This document shows, piece by piece, positions 46,730-56,099 of a stretch of 64,000 bases of DNA. The first letter of the stretch is position 1. The number at the start of each line of letters is the position of its first letter. Location: the NCBI GenBank assembly GCA_019747735.1, contig JAIEQL010000014.1, positions 73,013 through 137,012 on the forward strand. Reading direction: 5' to 3'. Origin of the DNA: Chthoniobacterales bacterium (GTDB taxonomy: Bacteria; Verrucomicrobiota; Verrucomicrobiia; Chthoniobacterales; UBA6821). A model generated the notes under the pieces. It was given only the letters and a program-made list of their open reading frames with translations. It ran no database searches and had not been told where the DNA came from. A program made the position numbers and the translations under genes.

Positions 46730-48097
46730 TTAAAAAATCTCTCCGAGTAAATAAGACTGCAACTCTTGGATGGGCATACGCCGTTGCTTCATAGAATCGC
46801 GCTCTCTTAAGGTGACTGTATTGGCTAGTTCTGGTCCTGATTCTCCTAGAGTTTCAAAATCGATAGTGACGCAGAAAGGAGTCCCTACCTCATCTTGACG
46901 CCGATAACGACGACCGATCGCTCCTGCCTCATCATAAAAAACAGTCATGTAGGGTCGCAGGGCTCGCTCGATGGCATGAGCCTTCTCAACAAGCGCCGGT
47001 TTATTTTTTAAGAGCGGAAAAATGCCGACTTTGATTGGCGCCATGCGAGGATGAAAACGCATCACAATGCGTGTCTCTTTTTCACCTTTGTCACTGACAA
47101 TTTCTTCTTCCTCAAAAGCCTCACACAATAATGCTAAGACCGTTCGATCAGCTCCAGCACTTGGTTCGATAACATGAGGAATAAATTTTTCTTTACTCTC
47201 TTCCGCAAAATAATCGAGCGGCTTGCCACTCTTTTGCATATGTTGTGTAAGATCGTAATCAGTGCGATAAGCCACTCCCTCGAGTTCTTGAATCCCAAAT
47301 GGAAATTCATATTCCAGGTCGTAGGTTTTTAAAGAATAAAAGGCACGTTCCCCATCAGGAATATCTTTTACATGAATTTTGGCACGAGGAATTCCAATGT
47401 CCTCATAAAAACGGAGACGCTCTTCGAGCCAAAAATCAAGCAATTGCAGGCCTTGCGAGGGATGGCAAAAATACTCCATTTCCATTTGCTCAAACTCACG
47501 AGAACGAAAAATAAAATTGCGAGGATTAATCTCATTGCGAAAGGCTTTTCCAATTTGGGCAATACCAAAAGGGAGCTTCTGTCGTGAGGTTTCTAAAACA
47601 TTGCGAAATTGAACAAAAATTGATTGAGCTGTTTCAGGACGCAGATAAGTTTTGTTGGTCTCATCAGCCATCGGCCCTACATGCGTAGTAAACATAAGGT
47701 TAAAATCACGTGGCTCGGTTTTTTCACCATCGCAATGAGAAACCATCTTGCTCGGTTTTTGAGGACAGGGAGTGAGATCGATCTGATCAGCACGGAATCT
47801 ACCTTTGCAGGTTTTGCAATCGATCATCGGATCAGAAAAAGTAGTTTCGTGGCCACTGGCCTGCCAAACAGCTCGATTCATGAGGATGGCACCATCCATA
47901 CCAACAACATCTTCGCGCTCACGCACCACACGTCGCCACCAAAAGTCTTTGAGATTGCGCTTGAGCTCCACTCCCATTGGGCCGTAATCCCAGACACCAT
48001 TGAGGCCTCCATAAATTTCTGAAGAAGGAAAAATAAACCCTCGCCGTTTGCAAAGGCTGACAATTTTTTCCATACGAGTTTCAAGATGAGTGGCCAT
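46730..48097 (-). CDS. glyQS: glycine--tRNA ligase (class II, dimeric GlyQS type)
   Basis: 455 aa; RRGFIFPSSEIYGG, LRPETAQ, GIAQIGKAFRNE and GADR motifs. Its stop codon directly abuts the argS start codon. Confidence 0.93.
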   Translation of the reverse strand: MATHLETRMEKIVSLCKRRGFIFPSSEIYGGLNGVWDYGPMGVELKRNLKDFWWRRVVREREDVVGMDGAILMNRAVWQASGHETTFSDPMIDCKTCKGRFRADQIDLTPCPQKPSKMVSHCDGEKTEPRDFNLMFTTHVGPMADETNKTYLRPETAQSIFVQFRNVLETSRQKLPFGIAQIGKAFRNEINPRNFIFRSREFEQMEMEYFCHPSQGLQLLDFWLEERLRFYEDIGIPRAKIHVKDIPDGERAFYSLKTYDLEYEFPFGIQELEGVAYRTDYDLTQHMQKSGKPLDYFAEESKEKFIPHVIEPSAGADRTVLALLCEAFEEEEIVSDKGEKETRIVMRFHPRMAPIKVGIFPLLKNKPALVEKAHAIERALRPYMTVFYDEAGAIGRRYRRQDEVGTPFCVTIDFETLGESGPELANTVTLRERDSMKQRRMPIQELQSYLLGEIF

Positions 48098-48197
48098 GCT
48101 AAAAAGTTAGTGATGGTAAACAAAAATGGTGAGAAATCAAGAGGTTAAGGGCTATGATCCCTTTTTTTTTACCTATTAAAGAAATCCAGAAAGAAAT

Positions 48198-48360
48198 TAG
48201 CCCAAGTTCCCCAGTTAAGGTGGATGATATTTTGTAACGACTTGGTCTGAAGGTGGTTTTTAAAAGCATGAGGTGTATGTTTCATACATAAGTGATTTGA
48301 ACAAATTAATGTCCAAGGCATTACGAAAGATCACCATTCGCAACTGCGGAACTGGGGTTA
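48198..48360 (+). repeat. family B palindromic element, intergenic copy B2
   Basis: Arms tagcccaagttccccagtt / aactgcggaactggggtta are 16/19 complementary and include a TA at each end. The core gtggatgatattttgt..gacttggt..ttttaaaa..ggtgt..acataag is homologous to the folK insert. Confidence 0.8.
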
Positions 48361-48625
48361 GTGTTCAATGGAGTTTTTCAGGAGAGGAAGTTGCGGAACA
48401 TTTTCCGATAGTAGATAGGTCAAACTTTCAATAAAAAAATCTCAATAAATTTTTTGTTTTTCAAGTAATATTAAGATAAAATGTCTCACTTTGTATTGGT
48501 TATCAAAGCTATATATTTTGTGATTTTAATTATCCTAAAAACTAGCAACTGCTTTATTGATTATTTAAAAAAGTCATTTAATATATCTCTTCTCATTCTA
48601 AAATTTCATTTTATCTACTACTACT

Positions 48626-49687
48626 ATGTCTTGTTGTAATTCTTCTAGCACTCCTCCCTCTTTTCATGACCTTTCTAAACGGATCAATCCAGAGGAAAAG
48701 CGCTTGGTTAATTGTAAGCAAGTTGACGTCAATCAACTGATGCCTCTCAAATATCAGTGGGCTTGGGAGTACTATATAAAAGGGTGCGCTAACCATTGGA
48801 TGCCCAATGAGGTGCCTATGCAAACAGACATCGAGCTCTGGAAATCAAACCGCTTAACCACCGAAGAGCGCCATGTGATCATGCGCAACCTTGGGTTTTT
48901 TAGCACTGCAGAAAGCCTCGTTGGCAACAACATTGTCTTGGCTATTTTCAAACATATCACCAACCCTGAAGCGAGACAGTATATGCTTCGGCAAGCTTTT
49001 GAAGAGGCAATTCACACGCACACTTTTCAATATATCGTAGAAAGTCTTGCGCTCGATCAACGCGAAGTCTTTAACATGTACCACGAGGTCAATTCTATTA
49101 ATAATAAAGATGCCTTTGAAATGACACTTACTGCCGCAATTATGGCAGAGGGATTCTCAACAGAAACTCTTCAAGGTCTTCAAACCTTTCTAAAAAATCT
49201 CGTTGGATTTTATGTCATCATGGAAGGAATCTTCTTCTACAGCGGCTTCGTAATGCTCTTGAGCTTTAAGCGCCAAAACAAAATGGTCGGCATTGGTCAA
49301 CAGTTTGAATACATTATGCGCGATGAGTCGGTGCATTTAAATTTTGGGATTGACCTCATTAATGGCATTCGCGCCGAAAATCCCACAGCATGGACTCCAG
49401 AACTTGAGAAAGAAGTCCGTGAGATGATTTTAAAAGCCGTGGAGCTCGAAATTGCCTACGCACAAGATTGCATGCCACGTGGTATTCTAGGCCTCAATGC
49501 AGGCCTATTCCGAGAATATGTTCAGTACATCGCTGATCGCCGATTGGACCGCCTCAACATGCCTGCTGAATTTGGAAGTAAAAATCCTTTTCCTTGGATG
49601 AGCGAAATGGCTGACCTTTCAAAAGAGCAAAATTTCTTTGAACGTAAAGTTACTGAATACCAAAAAGCAGCTTCTTTGGAATGGTAA
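48626..49687 (+). CDS. nrdB: ribonucleotide reductase small subunit, class Ic-like (R2c)
   Basis: Close to the Chlamydia trachomatis R2c sequence as I recall it. EEAIHTHTF places Phe at the radical-Tyr position, and FFSTAES places Glu at the first metal ligand. Confidence 0.9.
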   Translation: MSCCNSSSTPPSFHDLSKRINPEEKRLVNCKQVDVNQLMPLKYQWAWEYYIKGCANHWMPNEVPMQTDIELWKSNRLTTEERHVIMRNLGFFSTAESLVGNNIVLAIFKHITNPEARQYMLRQAFEEAIHTHTFQYIVESLALDQREVFNMYHEVNSINNKDAFEMTLTAAIMAEGFSTETLQGLQTFLKNLVGFYVIMEGIFFYSGFVMLLSFKRQNKMVGIGQQFEYIMRDESVHLNFGIDLINGIRAENPTAWTPELEKEVREMILKAVELEIAYAQDCMPRGILGLNAGLFREYVQYIADRRLDRLNMPAEFGSKNPFPWMSEMADLSKEQNFFERKVTEYQKAASLEW

Positions 49688-49710
49688 CTTCATCATCGCT
49701 AAAACGATGA

Positions 49711-49803
49711 CAGTTTGAGTTAGCCGTTTGAGTTTGAGTGTATTTAAACTCAAACCTCCAAAAGGCAAGATGCTCATTAAACTCAAACTTTAAACTCAAA
49801 CTT
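49711..49803. repeat. inverted array of gtttgag / ctcaaac words downstream of nrdB
   Basis: gtttgag occurs three times on the left side and ctcaaac three times on the right side. This gives hairpin potential and a terminator-like position. Confidence 0.6.
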
Positions 49804-49813
49804 CTTCTCCCCC

Positions 49814-50005
49814 ATGAACAAGAAATCCCCCTATCAAGAATTCCTAGCTGAGCGTGATGAGATCTTACGCCTCAAATGGCTAGAAAGTGAAAAACGTGGC
49901 TATGATATTGGCCCAGAACAAGCACTAATGCAATGGATCACTCAACACCGAACTCTCTGGAAAAAAAATCGTAAGGAACGTCAGTACAGACTAGATAATG
50001 AGTAA
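49814..50005 (+). CDS. small conserved hypothetical protein (KW.ESEK.GYDIG motif)
   Basis: 63 aa. The motif L.LKWLESEKRGYDIGPEQA...WI resembles a widespread small-protein family whose name I cannot recall. Confidence 0.5.
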   Translation: MNKKSPYQEFLAERDEILRLKWLESEKRGYDIGPEQALMQWITQHRTLWKKNRKERQYRLDNE

Positions 50006-50042
50006 AGGGTAAAGGATAACGAGTTCATTTTGTTTTTTCACT

Positions 50043-51359
50043 ATGTCTACTATGCCTTCTCTTCACATCCGCGGTGGTCGGGTTATTGATCCAGCAAATA
50101 GAATTGATGAAACCCGGGATCTTTTTGTTCAGGATGGGATTATTGTCAATGATCCCCCTTCCAATCCTGATGTTATCAATGCCCGAGGATTGATTGTTTC
50201 GCCAGGGTTAATCGACATCCATGTTCATTTGCGTGAACCAGGACAATCGCACAAAGAAACAATTGCTACTGGCACGCGTGCTGCGGCAGCAGGAGGCTTT
50301 ACAAGTGTCGTTTGCATGCCCAATACAACACCTCCCATCGATACCCCAGAAACAGTTGCTTGGGTTCAAAAAAAAGCAGCCGAAACAGCCTGCGTTCATG
50401 TTTTCTCAACGGCAGCCCTCACTCGCGGATTAGCTGGCCTTGAGGTAGCACCACTTGAAGCTTTAGCTGCACAAGGAGCTGTGGCCTTTACCGATGATGG
50501 GCATTGTGTACAAAACTTAAAGGTCATGCGCGAAGCCGTTCAGCGTGCTCATGCTTTAGGCATCCCCATCATGGACCATTGTCAAGAAGCAACGCTCACG
50601 CAAGGGAGCATCCTTCACGAAGGGTCCTGGAGTCAGCGTTTGGGGCTGCACGGATGGCCTCGTCTCGCTGAAGAAGTCATCGTGGCGCGGAATATTTTAC
50701 TCGCCCAAGAAAGCAATCATCCTATCCATTGCCAGCACATCAGCTCTCGAGAAAGTGTCCATTTGCTACGCGAGGCTCGTGCTCGTGGTATTCCCATTTC
50801 TGGGGAGGCTTCACCGCATCACATCACCTTTACTGATCAAGAGCTTCAACACGGCGATACTAACTTTAAGGTCAACCCTCCCCTGCGCACCCAAGAAGAT
50901 TGTGAGGCGATCATTGCTGGGATCGCTGATGGAACCATCACTATTTTAGCCAGTGATCATGCTCCTCACTCCCCAAAAGAAAAAGGACTCCCAATCGATC
51001 AGGCTTCTTTCGGAATGCTAGGACTTGAAACCGAGCTCGCCGTTTTTTTGACCTTGCTCTTTCATCAAAGAAAAACGGTAACCCTTTCGCAGCTGATAGC
51101 CATGCTCACCGTGAATCCCGCCCAATTGCTACACCTCGACCGAGGAAGGTTGAGCGTTGGTAAAACAGCCGATATCACGCTGATTGATCCCAATTTTTCT
51201 TGGACTTATGACAAAGAAACTTCCTACTCCTTGTCACGAAATACCCCTTTTCACGGCCATCGTTTTCAAGGCAGAGCGGTCAGAACCATTGTCGCAGGAA
51301 AGACTGTTTGGGAATGCCCGCTCACAAGAACGGACAGGAAGATTGTAGATGGTAGATAG
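50043..51359 (+). CDS. pyrC: dihydroorotase (long, allantoinase-like type)
   Basis: 438 aa with DIHVHLREPG, later metal-binding His residues and SDHAPH. Confidence 0.9.
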   Translation: MSTMPSLHIRGGRVIDPANRIDETRDLFVQDGIIVNDPPSNPDVINARGLIVSPGLIDIHVHLREPGQSHKETIATGTRAAAAGGFTSVVCMPNTTPPIDTPETVAWVQKKAAETACVHVFSTAALTRGLAGLEVAPLEALAAQGAVAFTDDGHCVQNLKVMREAVQRAHALGIPIMDHCQEATLTQGSILHEGSWSQRLGLHGWPRLAEEVIVARNILLAQESNHPIHCQHISSRESVHLLREARARGIPISGEASPHHITFTDQELQHGDTNFKVNPPLRTQEDCEAIIAGIADGTITILASDHAPHSPKEKGLPIDQASFGMLGLETELAVFLTLLFHQRKTVTLSQLIAMLTVNPAQLLHLDRGRLSVGKTADITLIDPNFSWTYDKETSYSLSRNTPFHGHRFQGRAVRTIVAGKTVWECPLTRTDRKIVDGR

Positions 51360-51381
51360 AAGATAGGAATTTCTTCTATCT
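51354..51381 (+). terminator. hairpin agatagaaga-taggaatt-tcttctatct overlapping the pyrC stop
   Basis: Perfect 10-bp stem. There is no clean T-tract, so assignment as an intrinsic terminator is tentative. Confidence 0.4.
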
Positions 51382-51428
51382 TCAACTTCCTATCTTCAGG
51401 CCTCGCTCTCTTACCTCCTTCCCCACGG

Positions 51429-51746
51429 TTATGCAGCAATATGACGTTGAGATGTTCTCAACTCACGTGCACGAATAATTTTTTTTGAACCTGTATTCTT
51501 TTTCTTCAACTTTCGAAAATCACATTCGATTTGAAGGCCGTGCCAAAATTGAGGTGATTGCTCAAAAAAAATTCCAAAGCGGAGTGACATTTCTAGCGTG
51601 ATGGAACGCTTGCCCAGCACAATTTCATTGATAGCGCGTGGGGAAACACCAATGGCACGAGCCATGGCATTTTGGGAAATGCCCATGGGAATGAGATATT
51701 CTTCGAGAAGGATTTCTCCTGGAGTAATTGGGGTCATGAGATGCAT
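51429..51746 (-). CDS. higA: HigA-family antitoxin (XRE-type HTH)
   Basis: [47 protein letters not shown] is the classic HigA/VapI signature. Lies immediately downstream of higB. Start could be Met at 51746 or 51737. Confidence 0.85.
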   Translation of the reverse strand: MHLMTPITPGEILLEEYLIPMGISQNAMARAIGVSPRAINEIVLGKRSITLEMSLRFGIFFEQSPQFWHGLQIECDFRKLKKKNTGSKKIIRARELRTSQRHIAA

Positions 51747-51776
51747 GGCTATAACGTATAACGTCATTGGGTATTG

Positions 51777-52055
51777 TTAATGGTGATCGACAATAGCAAC
51801 GTTGGCTTTTCCATCATCAGTCCACTGAAAAACGATTAGCCATTGATCATTAATTCTTATGGAATACCATCCTTGCGCCTTTCCTTTTAAAGCTTCAAGG
51901 CGATTGCCCGGTGGAATTGATAAATCTTTTAAAACAACAGCGCGGTTGAGTTGAAATAATTTTCTTAACGCAACACGTGCTATAGCAGAAAAACGCCGAT
52001 TTCCTTCTGTAAAAAAGAGCTCTTTTGTATCAGCGTCATCAAAGGAGATAATCAT
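51777..52055 (-). CDS. higB: HigB-type toxin (RelE/ParE superfamily, plasmid maintenance system killer)
   Basis: 92 aa; I.SF.D..T..LF......RF......A.RKL..L......DL..PPGNRLE.LKG...G..SIRIN.QWRI.F.W matches the HigB_toxin family pattern. Confidence 0.85.
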   Translation of the reverse strand: MIISFDDADTKELFFTEGNRRFSAIARVALRKLFQLNRAVVLKDLSIPPGNRLEALKGKAQGWYSIRINDQWLIVFQWTDDGKANVAIVDHH

Positions 52056-52158
52056 TGCAATGATGGACTACACTACTGGAAGAAGCTTCACAAGCAATTC
52101 CCTCCCCTCTTGAAGGGCTTGCAAGTGTGTGTCTCATTAACTTATAAACAGACAGTAT

Positions 52159-53292
52159 ATGTTCAAGGCCCTTAAACAACTTGCTGTTTTTTCATCTAAT
52201 AGAGCTAATCAAACGAAGCCTCAAGACATCGAACTTACCGGAAAAAGCCAATTCAATAATCACGATGTTGCTTCTGTAGCTCCAACGGAGCAAGGCACCG
52301 AGATTAAAGAAGCCGTAAAAAAACAACAGGAAACGTGGACTGACCTTTCTCAAGAGACGAGCAATAAGATTGGAGAGGCTCTTCAGTTAGCAGAAAATGA
52401 GAATTGGGACGGAGTGAGACAGAAAAATAATGAATTAACCGCATGGCTGCAGGAGGTTGGTGGGAAGCTCCAACTTCAGCAAGTAACAGCACCTGATGGA
52501 TATGAGTGTAATAAGGTAAAAGAGTTTCTGCTTACTCAGTCTCAGTCTCTAGAAAAAGACTTTGAAGAAATTGATAAGACTCAACATCAGGAAGTAAAAG
52601 AGGGTTTACTAAAGAAAATCAGCATTAATCTTGAAGTAGCTCAGCAAGTGAACGATCAAGGCAGTCGAGGCAATCTTCCTGCGTTTTGTTTTGGAGCCGC
52701 AAAGCAGGCTGCCCAGAAAGCAGTAGAGGCCGTTCGAGAAGCTGTTCAAACTAAAAATAAGTATCTACAACGTGCATGGAATATCAGAGCTTCTTGCCAA
52801 TGGGAAAAAGCTGAAGCTTTGAAAACGGGTTGGGGCTGGTCAGACAAGGTCACGCCCCTCAATTCTTGGGATCAGGCTGCTGAGTTTGCTATAAAAACTT
52901 TTCAAAATGCAGATCAAGAGCCAGACAAGGAAACGAAAAATGCCTTGCAATCGTCCGGTCTTTATAACCTTAAACGCATTGAGGAAGAAAAGGAAAACCC
53001 AACACAATTTAGAGAGAGCAAGCATAAGGAACATTTACTTAACGCACGTGACGCTGCAAACCAGGCAGTCACTCAGTTCGGCAATGCACTCAATGAAAAG
53101 AGCGAAGGCAACAAGAGGGCTTTGAGAGAGAGTGGGTATTATTACCTCAAACTTGCTTCCCTTTGGGATCAAGATCCTAAAAAAGCAGAGAGTTTTACTC
53201 GCGCACACTATGAGCAAGAGCTCTATCTCAAGAAGAAAAATGAAGTGAGAGCGATAACAGGGGATCCTACGTACGGCAGAGTAAAATTGTAG
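52159..53292 (+). CDS. K/E/Q-rich helical hypothetical protein without signal peptide
   Basis: 377 aa. Composition and W/Y-anchored helix motifs (RAWNIRASCQWEKAEALK, ALQSSGLYNLKR / ALRESGYYYLKL) recall the giant family, but it lacks their head module. Confidence 0.6.
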   Translation: MFKALKQLAVFSSNRANQTKPQDIELTGKSQFNNHDVASVAPTEQGTEIKEAVKKQQETWTDLSQETSNKIGEALQLAENENWDGVRQKNNELTAWLQEVGGKLQLQQVTAPDGYECNKVKEFLLTQSQSLEKDFEEIDKTQHQEVKEGLLKKISINLEVAQQVNDQGSRGNLPAFCFGAAKQAAQKAVEAVREAVQTKNKYLQRAWNIRASCQWEKAEALKTGWGWSDKVTPLNSWDQAAEFAIKTFQNADQEPDKETKNALQSSGLYNLKRIEEEKENPTQFRESKHKEHLLNARDAANQAVTQFGNALNEKSEGNKRALRESGYYYLKLASLWDQDPKKAESFTRAHYEQELYLKKKNEVRAITGDPTYGRVKL

Positions 53293-53356
53293 CTTTCTCA
53301 CTCATTACCCATTACCCGTTATTCTGAACGGATATCTCATTACTCTTCACTTGATC

Positions 53357-54403
53357 CTAATATGTCATCGGAGGAATTGATCGCCCCAAAGAACTTAGCA
53401 TCCGTGCCCCATAGCGGGCGGCTCCCAAAAGACCGGTATCATCATTGAGAATGATACTGATTGGCATCGATTCCAAGAGAGGCCTCATGCGTCCCTTATT
53501 TAAAAACGATTCTAAAAAGAGAGGTCTTCTCAAATGCTCTAAAATACGAGGTGGGATACCTCCTCCCAAAAAGACTCCTCCAGTTGCCATGGTTTTTAGA
53601 GCCAGATTGCCAGCTTCAGAACCTAAGATGCGAATAAAAATATCCATTGTATCACGACACAACGCACAAGAGTTATCCTTCGAATGTTCATCAATAATGG
53701 CTCCGATGTCGCCCGTGAGCATTTTTTCTGCAATCACAGGTTTTTCTTTTCCACGACCTGTATCCCGTAAGAATCGATAAATATTAGCAATGCCCAAGCC
53801 TGCAATGACTCGTTCGCAACTGACGCGTCCAAATTCTTTGTGCAGAAAATCGAGGAGTGCTGCTTGCACATCATCCGTAGGAGCAAAATCGGCATGACCT
53901 CCTTCGCTGGCCCAAGGGAGATGTCGCTGCCCATCCCAAAAGAGACCAGCCTCTCCAAGACCTGTTCCTGGGGCGATAATGCATTGATTCCCTGCTCGAG
54001 AACCAGCTCCTGCTTGCAACAAGAGACAATCACTATGGCGAAGTTCTCCAATTCCAAATGCCATTGCTTCCAAATCGTTGAGAATAGCAACACGAGGAAT
54101 TCCCAACAACGAGGGAAGAGCACTTATTTCAATTGGCCAATTCAAATTGGTTGCATGGACAACACCACCAATATTAGGCCCAGGAACACCAAAGCAAGCT
54201 GTCATAATGGTTCCTGGAACATCTCCTTTGCTCAGGAAAGATTTCACAGCTTCATCAAGAGAAGAAAAACTATGGCTAGAAAAACGATCCGAACGCAGCC
54301 GTTTCAGTGTCCCACTTTTACCAGCATTCAACCGAAAGAGAGCGGCGCGAAAGTGGGTTCCTCCTAGATCTCCCGCAAGAATAAGTTTGTGATTTTGAGG
54401 CAT
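53357..54403 (-). CDS. glk: glucokinase
   Basis: LAGDLGGTHFR (ATP-binding), GPG..GG and A.LNDLEA motifs. Start moved to MPQNHK to remove the overlap with serA. Confidence 0.85.
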   Translation of the reverse strand: MPQNHKLILAGDLGGTHFRAALFRLNAGKSGTLKRLRSDRFSSHSFSSLDEAVKSFLSKGDVPGTIMTACFGVPGPNIGGVVHATNLNWPIEISALPSLLGIPRVAILNDLEAMAFGIGELRHSDCLLLQAGAGSRAGNQCIIAPGTGLGEAGLFWDGQRHLPWASEGGHADFAPTDDVQAALLDFLHKEFGRVSCERVIAGLGIANIYRFLRDTGRGKEKPVIAEKMLTGDIGAIIDEHSKDNSCALCRDTMDIFIRILGSEAGNLALKTMATGGVFLGGGIPPRILEHLRRPLFLESFLNKGRMRPLLESMPISIILNDDTGLLGAARYGARMLSSLGRSIPPMTY

Positions 54404-54425
54404 AAGATAGGGAGTTAAATAGAAT

Positions 54426-56039
54426 TTAAAAACGAATAATTTGTGCTGATAAAATATCGGGGTCAGAAAGGAGACGCTCAATAAGAGCTGACTCTGGAAT
54501 AGAATCAAGGTTCATTAATAAAAAGGCTCTACCGCCTGCTTCTTTGCGACTTAGCGACATATTGGCAATATTGATGTGACTTTCTCCAAAGAGCGATCCA
54601 ATGTGCCCTACGATCCCAGGACGATCTTTATTTTCCAGCAAAAGAATAATTCCAGAAGGATGGGCTTCCACAAAATGGCCGTGAACCATCACTATTCTAG
54701 GAGTAGCTCCATAAAAAGTGCCACCGACACTTGCCGTTTTTCCTTCTCCTTCGATTGTCACTTCCATGAGATCAGTGAAATTTCCAGCTTCTCGTTGGCG
54801 CGTTTCTAAGATCTCCCACCCGAGTCGTTCTAAATAAGAAGGGGCATTGACCGTATTGACCACAGGACCCTGAATGTGTCGTAGCAAACCTGCTAGAAAG
54901 GATCTCGAAATGACCTTCATATCTTGATCCCCAATCCGTCCACTATAGCGGATAAAAATTTTCTCAGCTCGTTTGGGGGCTATCTGTGCTAGAAAAGTCC
55001 CCAACCGATCAGCTAAATTGATCCAAGGAGCAAGTGTTGCCAGCGTAGCAGCATCTAGGTTAGGCATATTAACGGCATTGCGAATTTCTCCTTTTAAAAG
55101 AGCCGAACGAATTGATTCTGCAATTTCAATACCAACCATCTCTTGTGCTTCGGCTGTAGAAGCTCCTAAGTGTGGGGTTAAAATCAAATTTTCTAAATGA
55201 CGCAGAGGCCAATCAGAGGCCGGAGGTTCTATCTCAAAAACATCGAGAGCTGCTAGGGCTTTGGGATTTTCTTTTAAAAAGTCGGCCAAAGATTTTTCAT
55301 CAATAAGTCCACCACGTGCCGCATTGATGAGACGGACTTCTTTTTTTAAAAAAGGAAATTCCTTCTTTCCAATCAAATACTTGGTTTCTTTGGTCAGTGG
55401 CATGTGAACCGTTATAAAATCAGCCTGGGGTAAGAGATGGTCGAGTTTTTCAACAACCTCAACCTGCAAAGCATGAGCCTTGCTTGCAGAAATATAAGGA
55501 TCATAAACGAGCACCCTCATTCCAAAAGCCAAAGCACGTCGTGCCACCTCTGTTCCAATACGTCCCATTCCCAAAATCCCGATAGTCTTACCGTGGAGTT
55601 CTACTCCTTCAAATTGCTTGCGGTCCCATTTTCCTAATTTCATGCTGCTATGAGCTTGAGGAATCATACGAGCTGCAGCGAGGATCAAACTAAAAGCATG
55701 TTCAGCGGTCGAGATCGTGTTGCCATCAGGAGCATTCATCACAACAACCCCGTGCTCAGTGGCTGCCTCGACATTGACATTATCAACACCAACACCAGCC
55801 CGCCCAATAACCTTTAGTGCCTTGGCCGCTTTTAAAATCGGGGCAGTTACTTTTGTCTGACTCCGTACAACCAATCCTGAAAATTCTGGGATCACCTTGA
55901 TGAGCTCTTCTTCGGAGAGTTTCAACTGCACAACAACATCCAGTTCGCCTCCTTCAGAGAGCGCTTCGACTCCTTTTGAAGAAATGGGATCAGCAACTAA
56001 TACCTTAGGACGAGATTTCGTAGAGCTAATGCTATTCAT
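54426..56039 (-). CDS. serA: D-3-phosphoglycerate dehydrogenase (long form with ASB and ACT domains)
   Basis: 537 aa with NAD-binding GILGMGRIG, a catalytic R/E/H arrangement and a C-terminal ACT domain ([16 protein letters not shown]). Confidence 0.92.
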   Translation of the reverse strand: MNSISSTKSRPKVLVADPISSKGVEALSEGGELDVVVQLKLSEEELIKVIPEFSGLVVRSQTKVTAPILKAAKALKVIGRAGVGVDNVNVEAATEHGVVVMNAPDGNTISTAEHAFSLILAAARMIPQAHSSMKLGKWDRKQFEGVELHGKTIGILGMGRIGTEVARRALAFGMRVLVYDPYISASKAHALQVEVVEKLDHLLPQADFITVHMPLTKETKYLIGKKEFPFLKKEVRLINAARGGLIDEKSLADFLKENPKALAALDVFEIEPPASDWPLRHLENLILTPHLGASTAEAQEMVGIEIAESIRSALLKGEIRNAVNMPNLDAATLATLAPWINLADRLGTFLAQIAPKRAEKIFIRYSGRIGDQDMKVISRSFLAGLLRHIQGPVVNTVNAPSYLERLGWEILETRQREAGNFTDLMEVTIEGEGKTASVGGTFYGATPRIVMVHGHFVEAHPSGIILLLENKDRPGIVGHIGSLFGESHINIANMSLSRKEAGGRAFLLMNLDSIPESALIERLLSDPDILSAQIIRF

Positions 56040-56099
56040 GAGCTATTTTTGGAAAACGAGAAACCTAGCTGAAGAATTCCTTAAAGTCCACTGAGTTTG

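Noticed and set aside
54404-54508. N-terminal 35-aa extension of glucokinase that overlaps the serA 3' end
   Set aside because: The extension is hydrophobic and F/L-rich with no homology. The conserved glucokinase N-terminus (LAGDLGGT) begins right after the internal Met at 54403.
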